A stretch of 60,960 nt of DNA, filler included, from Sphacelaria rigidula (taxonomy: Eukaryota): assembly GCA_964200075.2 (NCBI GenBank). It is 2 parts of 2 records of this genome, joined end to end, with 100 filler letters (N's around TTAATTAATTAA, not from the genome) between each part and the next. Parts side by side here need not be neighbours in the genome. Positions count along the whole stretch, not along the records: positions 30,550 to 60,960 come from CAXNAA020000062.1; 1 more part is not named here. One strand, written 5' to 3'. Shown piece after piece: positions 36,901 through 48,900 of the stretch. Under the pieces are notes generated by a model. That model did not search any database, was not told the origin of the DNA, and saw nothing but the letters and a program-made list of their open reading frames with translations. The translations under genes and the position numbers were made by a program. How positions within the stretch are numbered: the first letter of the stretch is position 1; each line of letters opens with the position of its first letter.

Positions 36901-39900
36901 ATGAGGCTGAAACAGTTGTGAGGGAACGGCTTCTGCTGTCCTTGTGGGAGGCAGGCCTTGATGATGTCGGACGAAACGGGGGCCAGCGCGCTCTGCATAT
37001 GCCGGTCGATTTCCGCCAAACGATCATCCCTGAATTGTTCCAGGGGCGCACGTTTTCGTTCGCTAATTCCGGGAGATTCTTTATACTTTTTTGGCGTATT
37101 TCGACCGTGGGATGGTGCGGAATGGGAGATCTGAGCATGGTACTCCGCATTACGGAATTTTGTTGTTGAGGGTGTGGAGAATTCCACCATGGAAGCAGGC
37201 CGAGGGCAACACATGTCACGAATTTATCCCAACGAGGGAGGAGGCAGACAAATACAACTGGAGGAAACGTCACTTGTTTCTCACCTCCCTTCTCCCAACA
37301 AGTATGCGGCTGTCCGTTGCCTGATGACCTCCACCTCATCTTCCGTGAAGGGAGTATTTGACTGGCTGGAATCCCCAGGCTGCGTACCATCGGAGGAAGA
37401 TGCTCCAACGTCCCCACCGCCGTCTTGCTGACTCAACATTTCTTGCATCGCTCGTTGCCCCAGCACTTGCGACTGCCACATAAAGTAGAGAGCACCACCG
37501 TGTTACACACTACCCCTTCAATTTGGAGACTTTCGGAAATCGAAGGGCATTCGGCGATATTCAATTTCGTGGGCAACCATAATATGCAGCCTCTAGCGCA
37601 GTCGCGGAATATAACGGATTCCAAGTCCGTCATCTCCTGATCACGGCCCACAACGATAGAACATACGTGATAACTTCTGGCCTTCAACATGCCATTAAAT
37701 CGCGGTTGGTGGCGGTCGACACGTGCACATGTAACATGTGTGATGTGCTCCGTTGTGTGCTCAGAGATTGTTCACCCGGTCCAACTCGTCAGGCTAGAAG
37801 ACACGATGAGCATCGGCTTTTTGCCACCCACTATCGCATCTTCCCCGCCCTCGGCATTTATTTGTCGAGGGAAGAACGGCTCCGTATTCTTGTGTATGGA
37901 CATAATTCTCCATCACGGCACACAGAGGATCACGACACATCCTTGTTCCCACGTCGAGTACTCAGGTGGAAATGCAGGAACGAAGCTCGATAGGCGTGCT
38001 CGCATCGGAGAAGAGCCAAAGCCATACCGTGTTCACCAACTTCAGTACAGCCTCATGATGTACCAAGTGTTTGGAATACGCAGTGTAGGCAACTAGGCGC
38101 GGAGGTACTTTTCGCCGAGTCATGACGATTTATTTCATCAAGTTAACGATAGCCATCGGACTGGAAACAAGGCGAGCTCTAGAAAAAATGAACTGCATCA
38201 TGTCGTGAAATGCGTAGGGTATAGACTACTGCGTATATTGCAATATACCGTAAATATATGCGGTAAACTTTCCGACGGCAATACCTGTTATCTAGGTGGG
38301 AAACAAGATGCAATCCGATCGGGATCAGATTCTCAGTTAGCTAATCCACTTATTGCAGGCCTTTTGTTCAAATCAACAAATTACAAGCACGGCATCTCGA
38401 CAGTTATCCCGCACTTTCTCCTCCCGTCCTCCCGTGTGCAAGGGATATTTAGGGCCAAATCTATCTCGAAGTGAATGACGAACCTTGGAGATGATAGCAT
38501 GTCGCTTAATTTCCGCCTCCACGTTGAGCGTCAAGTCTTCAATCCCACAGGTGTGTCCAGCCCACTGGAGGAATATGGTGAGAACTCGCCCCAATGCCTG
38601 CACAATTCGTCAGTCACGTTTGTCGAACGGTTGCGAAGTTGCACTGGCAGTAGATATCCGCACTCGCGAATTCAGTTGCACTCATCATCGAGATGTCATA
38701 CGAGAGGTTGGCAAATACTCAATATATTTATATATATATATATATATATATATCCTGTCCGACGATGGTCCAACACAGGAAAGCAGTTACTAGTTGTGTT
38801 ATGCGCTGCCTCGTCTTTGATTGAATCACTTCCGAAGTGATGAGGAAGGTTACGATAAACAATCGCTGGTACACACCGTCAGCAGTTTACCGGCCGCCGT
38901 GGAGCCGTAGAGCTCGTGTACTGCATGTACCATCCCGAAGTCGGTCGCTCCAAAGGCTCCTTTGTCCAGCACACCCTGTTCACGTGATGACGTATTGCAG
39001 CAGAGTGGTGAGCCCCTCTTCCTTCGTAACTTTTTGCTCGCCCTGACCCCCAACACGAAGCGCAGTATCCGATACTCATACGTGAAAGTACGATGTGAAA
39101 TTGACAAGGTTTGTCGTAATACGATTGGTGTTGATTCAACTCACGGCACCAAGATGAAGGGCGATTGGCGAGGCAGACAAGTGTTGATCCTCGGAGACAG
39201 CGATTTCGTCGAGGACAGTCGTACGCAGAAACGAACCTGGAGCAACTCTCCCTCGCGGAAGATGACCTGGTGCTCATTTTCAGCAGCCCCAAATGCTACG
39301 GGAGGGGTCTTCGTCTTGCTGTCCAAATTGAGCTGCGGTAGTCCTGCGGTAAGATGCTTCACGATTGTCGACATCACCTGCGTCATCATCCGGAGCAGGG
39401 TGCGACTGTCGGCTCCGCGGTCAGGCAACGACCACTGAACCTAGACCGCAGCCAAATCTACTGCGATGTTGTTATCATTAAATCATCACCTCACACCGGA
39501 GCACAAAGCGAACTGGGGAAATGATCGCGAGGTGTACGGGCGAATCCTACTTGCATAACCGAAGAGGGGAATATATGTTCACCTGCTTCCCACTCCATCT
39601 CTGCGCAGGCTTGATTATCGCAGGCGGCAGGGTGAAGATGTGGCCAGACGGAGGAACAATTTCCAAGCCAGGCAAACCCGAGAGAGCCTGGTAAACCAGC
39701 TGTTGATACTCTCCACGAGTAAAAAAGCAATCCTGGATATCGAAACGACAAGAAAACAGCAGCAAATTGTGGCAACCCTTGCACAAGTGACGCGATGGAG
39801 TCCCACATAAGCTTGTTCACAGGGCATGCAGAGAGCGTACATACAACTTTGTCTTGGACTTCATGACATGACAGACGACCCCACGGCGAAATTCCGCCCG

Positions 39901-42900
39901 GGGTTTGGAAAAAAAGTGAGTATGGAGGACAAGAAAGCTATCGCACAAACGGGGTGAAGAAAGTAAGGATGACAAGAATACGTGCAAAACCTCATTTCTA
40001 CCCGCTGCCGTGGAGAGGGAATTCACCTTGGAGCACATTTTGACTCCGGAATCGACGTGATCTTGAATCAGGCCCCGCAGAGGTTTGCCGCTGGTCGGGG
40101 CACAGTACTGCTCATCTGTGAACGCTAGCAGATTTGCCTCCGCCTTCGCGACCTCATTCTGTGATGAGCAATCGTGGGCATTGAGGACCTGCCTTAGCAC
40201 TCTGGTTTTACGATCGAAAAAATGAGCCGGTGGATAGATGTGGGCGAGAATATCTCGTTTTGATGCAGTCGGATCAGGATGGACTACTACATTTTCGATC
40301 GAAAAAAGAGGTGTAAAAACGTGGCTGCGGCACTTGTTCTTCATTGTTGTAAGTAACATAACATCGCTGGACATGCCCGAGATGCAAGTTGATGGCGAAC
40401 ACACCTGCGGTAGGTGGCAGTTGATCTCGTCTCCGTCAAAGTCGGCGTTGTAGGTGTTACAGTTGGCGTAGTGCATGCGGATGGTTTGATACGTGGGGTT
40501 GCGAAGCACCCTGACGCGGTGCGCCATGATTCCCGGTTTGTGCAACGTCGGCTGCCGGTTAACCAGCATGCAGTCACCGTCGTGCAGATGACGCCAAACC
40601 TTAATAGAAATTGGAACAATAGCAGTGCGAGAAGGCAGCCACGAGATGGGCGTCTCAATTAGCAAAATTAAGAACACTGTAGACAGGCGCTTCTTCATAA
40701 ATAAAATCTACGGCGAGAACGTTCACAACCCCACGACAGGCACAACGGCGGCTGCTACCTTCTGTCCCGGCGTTGACAGAAGCCTCGCTGCAATGCCTCG
40801 CCGTTTCAACTCCGGCAAGCGAGCCAAATGTAACATGCGTCCCTGAGCGTCCTCCACGAAGTTTGCTCCTGTCGAGGAAGCGGACATGAAACCATCGAAT
40901 GCGAGCATCAATCGTCAGATTTCATGCAATCACGTGACACTTGGCGTTGCGGTTTCTGCAACCTCATACTGTCGGCGAACACAGTTACACCGAATGACAC
41001 TTCGACCGCACCGCAGAAAAAGTGACTTGTGTATCTCAAGTAGAAGCATGGGACTTTCGTCTCGGCAAGTTGGGTCCACGACAACTTGATAAAACCTACT
41101 CGCGAGTCATCGGACGGACTCGGGAAACACGACTTCGCCAGTCGATGGGCGGGACCGCTTCTGAGAGTTGTGATGGAAAATCCACGAGTTGAGTGCAAGC
41201 AGCACACGGTGCACACGAAATGCCTCACCGGGGTATTCATCGGCACCCGCTTCGACCAATTCTCGCATAGCCTGGACGTTCCAATCGGCTACCGGCTGCG
41301 GATAGGTGAGCTCCTTGGCGAAGCGCAAGGGGATACCGATTTCGGTGGTGCCTAGGTATGGATCTGGAGAGATGACGGACCGGCAGGCAAAATTTACGCG
41401 CTTCCCCATCATGTGCTTCCGGAACAGCCCTTCCTTCTTCTCGAGGACCTGTAAGCAAGGGTGTTGAGGCAACATGATCGACTTGGGCGTGGGCCATCAC
41501 GATCGAGGAAGCTCAACAAGTGGAAACCTCGCCACAAGAGCCTGAACATCACACTTGCGACTTGTTCCGAGCAGAAGTAGATCTGCTCTTAAAATCAGTC
41601 GCGAGAGGGTCGAGAAATGTAGGGCTTCATAGTACATCAAGGTATTTCACCTGCCTCAATCCAGGCGCCGTGTCCTTCCCTCCACGAGGATCTTTACTGC
41701 TGTCCATGAAACAGTTCACGGTTGTTTGCAGCTCGACCCAGGTGGTCAACGCGCTGAAAAGTGAAAATAAAAGCAGGGAGACAAGCGTGCAAGGAGCTCA
41801 ACGTGAGCAGAATATACCACAGCTTAATCGAAATGAGATGCGAGCACTTCACACAACTGCACGTCGCGGGTTGAGCGGGTGTGGGCATGTCAATGACATG
41901 GTCGATGATGCATGCGCTCACCCCCACGTGTCGCTGTGCCGGAGCTATGTCGCAGCCCAGATCTTGATAATCCGTCACGATGTGGTCATGCGACACGTGA
42001 CTCAGCGGGAAGGGCAACAGGCTACCTCGAAGTGAGAATCGAATTTTGTCCCCGTGATATTGCAATATATACAGGTGCTTTTACTCAGTTCAGCAGGGCG
42101 CATCACTCATGAAGGGGGCCTCAGTAAATTTGTAGATAAGTTTTCTTTGGTGACTCTTCAACAGTGTTCAGAAGTCGGCAAAGTTTTCACATCACGGGTC
42201 CCAGCACCTGAAAACGTTCACCGCTGCGAACGCCGCACAGGGTGTACGTCACGGAGTTTCGTCTTGCTCTTTCCACGACGGATCAAGACGCATTGAGAAG
42301 CCAACAATGGACATGATCTAGCATACTTGCGTGCCGCTCCCGAAAGCTACGGGATCGCTAGTAAACTTGCTCACGGCGGCACCACGAGAAAATATCGTCG
42401 TGTGTACTCGAAAATCATACCTGGCCAAGTCGTCGCCCTTGAGGCTATCCGCGTTTTTGAGCTTCTCGTTGAGCCCAAGCACCTACGTTACGATCATCGG
42501 ACACGTACATGAATCGACGAACTTGTCTTTTGTGATTCATCAGGCATTTCGTATGCAGTCCAAAAATACGCACAATACAATTGAGGTATCATCAAACTGC
42601 TGTCCGCCAAAGTGGCACAACCCCACATCGTGCATTCCTACAAAGATTCATCAGGGTTAAAAAGCTCGTGCAGATTGATCCTCACTGATCGTTCAGAATT
42701 GGATTTGCATTCTTCATCATCTGAATCTCGTTTGTTGGAAGGGAGCACTTCACCGAAATAATAAAAGCAAATGTTCACACCTCGTACGACGTCCTCCTAC
42801 AGAGATTCATCAGGGTTAAAAAGCTCGTGCAAATTGATCCTCACTGATCGTCAGAATTGGATTTGCATTCTTCATCATTTGAATCTCCACCATCCGTGAG

Positions 42901-45900
42901 AGGACTCGCACCACATTCGCCGCGTGATATCAATCATTTTACCGCTGGGGCTGCGGTTACTCATCAACTCTTTTTTTGAGTACGTTAGAACCACCGCGCC
43001 CCGTATTGGAGTGGGCTGCCGACTAGTTAATAGAAGTTAAGATACATGGTTCAAATCCCTATGCGTTGCATATTTCCCTCGAAGTATCTGATTCCCACCA
43101 CCGAAAGCGCCAGTACGTGAGTGAACCAACAAGAATTTAACCAGAGTTTGACGAGGGATGACTCGGTGGGGGAGGGCCGATCGAATCCGAGAGACCGAAA
43201 TTCAAGGCGGGTGGGGTGCAAGACGCGTCGATCCCGCGACTTTACAGACTCGTCCCGAGGAAAGGGGGGGGGGGGTTGACGTGCCACGTACCAAAAATAA
43301 CATAAAAAACGTTTTCCACATACTCGAGGTCATGTTGGGGCTAGACGACTTTCATAGACATGAGGGGAATATGTCAACGTCACGTCCATAGCTTGAGGTA
43401 TTTCACCCGCCTCTTCCAACCTGCGACAGCACAAATGGAAAAGAACGACCCACCTTTTGGAGGTAGACATTTTGCGGGTGCTCGGCGACGAAATCTCCCA
43501 TGTCCATCGGTGGTCTGAACCTCGGCGGGGGGATAGCAATCGCACGGATGAAAAATACCCGAAATCCTCCCTGTCGACATTCCGCCACTCTCTGCCTCTC
43601 CGCCTCGTCTCCCTCACCCAAGTCCTCACGATCATCATCTTCCTCTATTGCCATGCTCTTCCACGCGTTGTTCTCGCCGTACGCGAACAACAAATTAAGG
43701 ACGGCAAACTCCTTTTTCCAGAGGAGCTGCATCTGTAGCTCAACCTCGATCGTGGGCATGAACTTATGTGCAGGCTTCGTAGTGACGTCTGCACTACCAG
43801 CCCCTGCATCTGCCACTGCGGGATTGATCCCCCTCGAAATGGCGCTGCCGGGGTTGCCATCTCCGCCGTCCAAATCTTCACCGTCATCGTCACTGTCGTC
43901 CGCCGACATCGGGTCAGAGTCGTCACCAGTTTGATCATCGTCCGCATGTCGGTCGTGACCGGGCATCCCAGGATCTCGGCTCTACTTTGAGGGTCAAAGA
44001 ACACGGATGTATGATGTGTGACGGGAGTGGGTGCGGATTGGGTGCGGATTGGGTGCGGAGTGGGTGGGTGGGTGGGTGGGGGGGGGTCAATCCTCGTGTT
44101 GGATCAACTCACGTTAACCAAGAGCTGCAAGAGGAACAGAGGTACGACTTCTACCCGCACGATCACGATGTGCAGGTGTTCGCCGCTCACACATCGAATG
44201 ACTCATGGGCTGCAAAACCATCAATCACCATGTGTACTGGCACCCTGCTTCTTCATTTTTCCCTGCCGCGCTGGACGCTAGGCATGATGAGTAGCGCAAA
44301 CATGACGCCTCAGCTTCTCGTGGTGAATCGTCTCACCTGGACAGCAGATGAAATTTCCGAGTTGACTGCACGATTCGCCTGGCGGGACTTCTCACTCAGT
44401 GGTACCTGAAAATAGGTGCACCCGAAGTAAGTGTTCAAAGAGACGACGGTCGTTTCCATCGTTATATCATGCCAGACGCCATTACGCCAGAGTGTGTCTC
44501 GTTTTGGTGCATCTCAGAGACGGGCCCGTACGGCCCATATTGCTCAAAATCATACTCACAAGGCATGATGAGTAGCACAAACAACTCTAGGGATGGCTGT
44601 TCGACCCCGCGACGATTCGCCACACAGCGCATCATGTTCCTATTCAAATGTGCAAGAAAATCAAGAGTTTTGATGTGGAGGACAGAACAAGGAAAAAACA
44701 GGCTTCCTTACCCGGAAGTAAGCATGAACTGCGGCAACATGGGGGCACTTTACTCTCGGGCAGTCGTGTTATAAGACCGGCAACTCACGCCACCTTCTTT
44801 CGACCCAACGAACCATCAGTAAACACGAAGTTATGTAGGATGATAAAATATGCGGAAAGTTGTGCACAGGCTGAGGTCCAACACAATCATGTTCGCTCAG
44901 TAGGAAGGCAGCATGAGTTGCGTCAACATGGAGCACATGGCTTTCTGTGGACACATGTAAAATCATGGCTCATCATCGCGAATGTCGTGTTCTCCGATAA
45001 TATTCCCTGATTTCCAACATACACAATATCATGTCCGAAGATTTCACCTCAACACGTGCGATGTGGGCTTCAATTCGCTCTTCTCCTCATGAACTTCAAT
45101 TCACTTTCGCGCACTGGGTTCAGTTCATCGTTGTAGTGATCACATTTCGAATGCGTCAAGAAAGGAACATCACACATAATTCACGGCTACAATTTCGGTG
45201 TTCGACAGCAATCCTTGCTCGAAGCCTCACCAAGGAAATGATCGTCACCTGGAATCATGGGTGAAACCACTACTTCAAACTCAGCAGATGCGGGAAGATA
45301 GAAAAAACTGATGATCGTGCACGACGGGGCAAACAGTACGCAGGTGGGGGGCCGGAAAAACAAGGCGACCTATACATTTCTTCGAAGTCCATGATCGATT
45401 TCTCCGAATAAACCGACCCCGACACAAACCGTCATCTCAACACCGACCCAATTGCTATCAGAACCCTCGGGCGAAGATGGTGCATGATCACCCTCAGCAA
45501 GGTTCACGTCAGAGGCACTCAGATCGACGCCGCAAGCATTTAGCATCGACTGTCGAGAATTTTCTCCAGTCTGAAATCAAGTAGTCACGCTGTCAACCAG
45601 ATACGAACGCTCAAAGCTCCAGAGGTGTACTGAAAAAAAGCACGTTCGCTCAGTAGGAAGGCAGCATGAGTTGCGTCAACATGGAGCACATGGCTCTCGG
45701 AGAACACAAAAAGTCATGACTCATCATCGCGAAACGCGCTCATATCTCGAGCTATACCACCACAAAACCTGCGGACGAGCTTTGGCCCGTTTCATCTCCT
45801 GGAAGCTAGATTACCCTGACGCGTGAACGTGCACCGCACCGGTATCATACTTCCAGCTCAATAGCAACATCGTGAACATCCCCTACCGCATGTTCCAGGG

Positions 45901-48900
45901 AAAAGCACTCGCCGACGAAATATCATCGCGGCGCAAGATTTCGAACCTGAAAGAGCTTGTTGGAACCATCCTTCCTGATATTCGGAGAGAAGGCCCCGCA
46001 GTTCTGACACTTCTTGCTCTCTCCCATGGTCTTGACGAGGCTTTCCACCAACTGTCGTCTGAACATCGTAAACGAGTCGGGCGAACGAAACACCTGGATC
46101 ATGTCAAAATAATGGAACATGGCCCTGAAACGTAACTCTGGGCACTCAACTGTTCAGCACGAACTCGTGGGACACAGAGGTACTTTCAAGAACAGCTTAC
46201 CGCAGAGCCCGATTGTGACCACCACACCACCGCGCTCGTGGACGCCCCTCGAGCTCGTCCTCCAAGCTCCCGAGTATGCGATCTCGGTACCTGACCAGTT
46301 TTCATGAGGACGATACTCGCACCAGTCAACGAATGCACACAGACCGCGTACACAGATTACGGTCACGAAACGCTCATCGATCATAGATTGCAAACGTTGG
46401 ACAGCTGTTTGTGTGTGGGTTTGTGTGAATCAGGTCATTTGGCTTCCCGTTATGTTCGAGCATCCGAATCATCACCTAGCTGAGTTGGCACATTTCCTCC
46501 ACAGTTGCTCACAGACAGCGCTGGATGACAAACCACAAACGGTAAGTACCGTAGTGCAAAAGGTAGCGCTAGGGTTCTTGTCCAAGGAACATCTTTTGCA
46601 ACCAAGGGTTTGTATTTGTAAAACTCAGTCGAGGAGTCTGTGCCTGATGAGCGTCAAGTCAGTCGTTCAGGTCGACTCTGGCCCATACAATTTAGTTTTG
46701 CACTCTCAGGTTCTTGGATAGAGCATGGTACGACTCTTCAAAACTGGGGGTCATAGGTTCGAGTCCTGTAGAATATGTATCAACCAAATCGTAACTTTCC
46801 GTAAGGGTCGATGTAGGCACGGGGGCGACGTATGCACACGTACAGCGACAGGGACTCCACAATATTTGCCCTTTATCGCCACGCGACCAGTAGGGACAGA
46901 TCGGATTGCACATATCCGATCCGCCGCCCTCAAGTGCGTGACAAACATGACACCAAACCCGCCTCACCCGTTGGCGGAAACAAGGCCGTTTTTATCGGGA
47001 CTATCGCTTGTCCGTGCATCATCGCGGAAGCTGTCCTGACGCAAGTATCCCAGTAACGAATCCTCCAGTTCCAAAGCTTCTTGGGCACGCCCCGCATCGA
47101 CCAGCATGATCTGGGAAAGATACGCCGGAAAGGGGAGTGTTTTCAAGTATCTCGCACAATACGGGAACAGTACATTGCACGCATTTCCATGGCTGAAATG
47201 GCACGGTCATTTCGTGAATGGCCATGACAGGCAAGCTTGTAATTGAGGATGCCTCTACACACGGCATCAAGGGCTAGGTCACGGGGATGCCCAGAAGTTC
47301 ACCGGGTGTCTCACACCATCGTGGGAACATGCGTCCCGGGCAAGACAGGAGTAACTTATTTTCGCCATTGCGTGTAGAAGGGGACCGACGCATGTTTCGA
47401 CTATTCCGGGCCTCTCAACAAACGCCCATGTCACTTCAGACACTGTACCAAACTTGTACTGGGACCGGGTGAATGTTGACTTAATGCCCTCGCTCTTCGA
47501 CGAACATGCTCAGAAGCTTACCAGGTTCATGTCACCATTGTGGGATATTTGGCCCACGTAAGACAGGGATAACTTTTCATCATCATTGCATGTGGGACGA
47601 CAGATACGTTTTTCGATTGCTCAGAATGCTCGCGGGCTACGGTTCCGTCAGGATAGATGTGGCCGAGGTCACGTGGTTCGATACCCTCGATCTTACACAC
47701 ACATGCTCAGAAGCTTACCAGGCTCATGTCACCATGGAAGGGGGATGAAGCGAGTCGTGAGTTTCAAAGACCTAACCCCAACCCTCACGTACCTCGACCC
47801 TCACACCCCCAGGGTACGTAAGATTTCGGTCATCGTCATTGCATGTGATATCACAAGAAAGTACTTACTGCCGCTAGTAGTGGAGACGTGAAAGGGAAAG
47901 AAATGGAAAATCGAACATGCTGTCGTGCATGCGACCAGGCGAAGGCAACACCAGCGTTTTTTTCCAAGAAATCGACGTCATCCTCGAGTGCAGAACTGGT
48001 TCCGAACCATCACACTTGTAACTCGGAGACGAGGAAACACGAGTTAAGTATTCGCGACCACGAGCCAATCAATGATTGCACGAGGGACCACAGCTGAACT
48101 TCATCATGCAATACAAGAATGATTGCAGATGTGGACGTTCATCAAGATATGCGTCCACATTCGGGATCGAGATCCACAAACATACGCCTGACTCATTTCT
48201 CCGGTAACATTGCAGCCACGAGAGATCCAACACTCGACAGGTGAGAGCGTTCAGGATATGTTGGCACCCGGTCCGTCCATACCAAGACGTCAAGCTAAAG
48301 GGTATTAACTAGCTTTTCATCTAGTACCTGAGTCACGATTCGCTCCTCAACGTAGTTGCACCTAATCGGGGCATCAAATAAGTAAAAATGGTACTCCGAT
48401 ACGTCGCACGTAGGTATATGTGCAGAAGGAATCGACACGGTGGGGAAGCCCATCAGAGGTCCACCTCCGGCGCGCAGTGGGAGTCGGATTTTGCTCGGAA
48501 GCTTACCAGGTTCTTGTCACCACTCAGGATCGAACATCCTTCCAAGATGCATCCGGTAAGACAGGGATAACTTTTTATCGTCATCGCAAAAATCCCGGTT
48601 CCGGCCCCGTGTGTTTCCTCTCGATGTATGATACATTTCGTGAGAATCGTGGAGGATTTTGCCGCTTCCCGCCCACTTGAGGTTTTGCTCGGAAGCTTAC
48701 CAGGTTTCTGTCACCACTCAGGATTGAAGAATACATTCATCCGGTAAGACAGGGATAACTTTTTATCGTCATTGCAAAAACCCCGTTCCCCGCCCCGTGT
48801 GTTTCCTCCCGACGTATAATACATTTTGTGGGAATCATGAAGGATTTTGCGCTTACCAGAGGTTTACCTCCTGCGCGTAGATGGAGTCAGGTTTTGCTCG

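Noticed and set aside
39415-39492. GTGATGA...CTGA snoRNA candidate (minus strand)
   Set aside because: No terminal stem or recognisable guide, and the CTGAC is probably the branch point. The same applies to 38606-38692.
48016-48116. ATGATGA...CCGA candidate with a weak 18S ACGGGGAAAC complement
   Set aside because: The guide has a mismatch next to box D and the stem is offset; single copy. Similarly weak candidates at 38038-38144 and 42535-42595 were not called.
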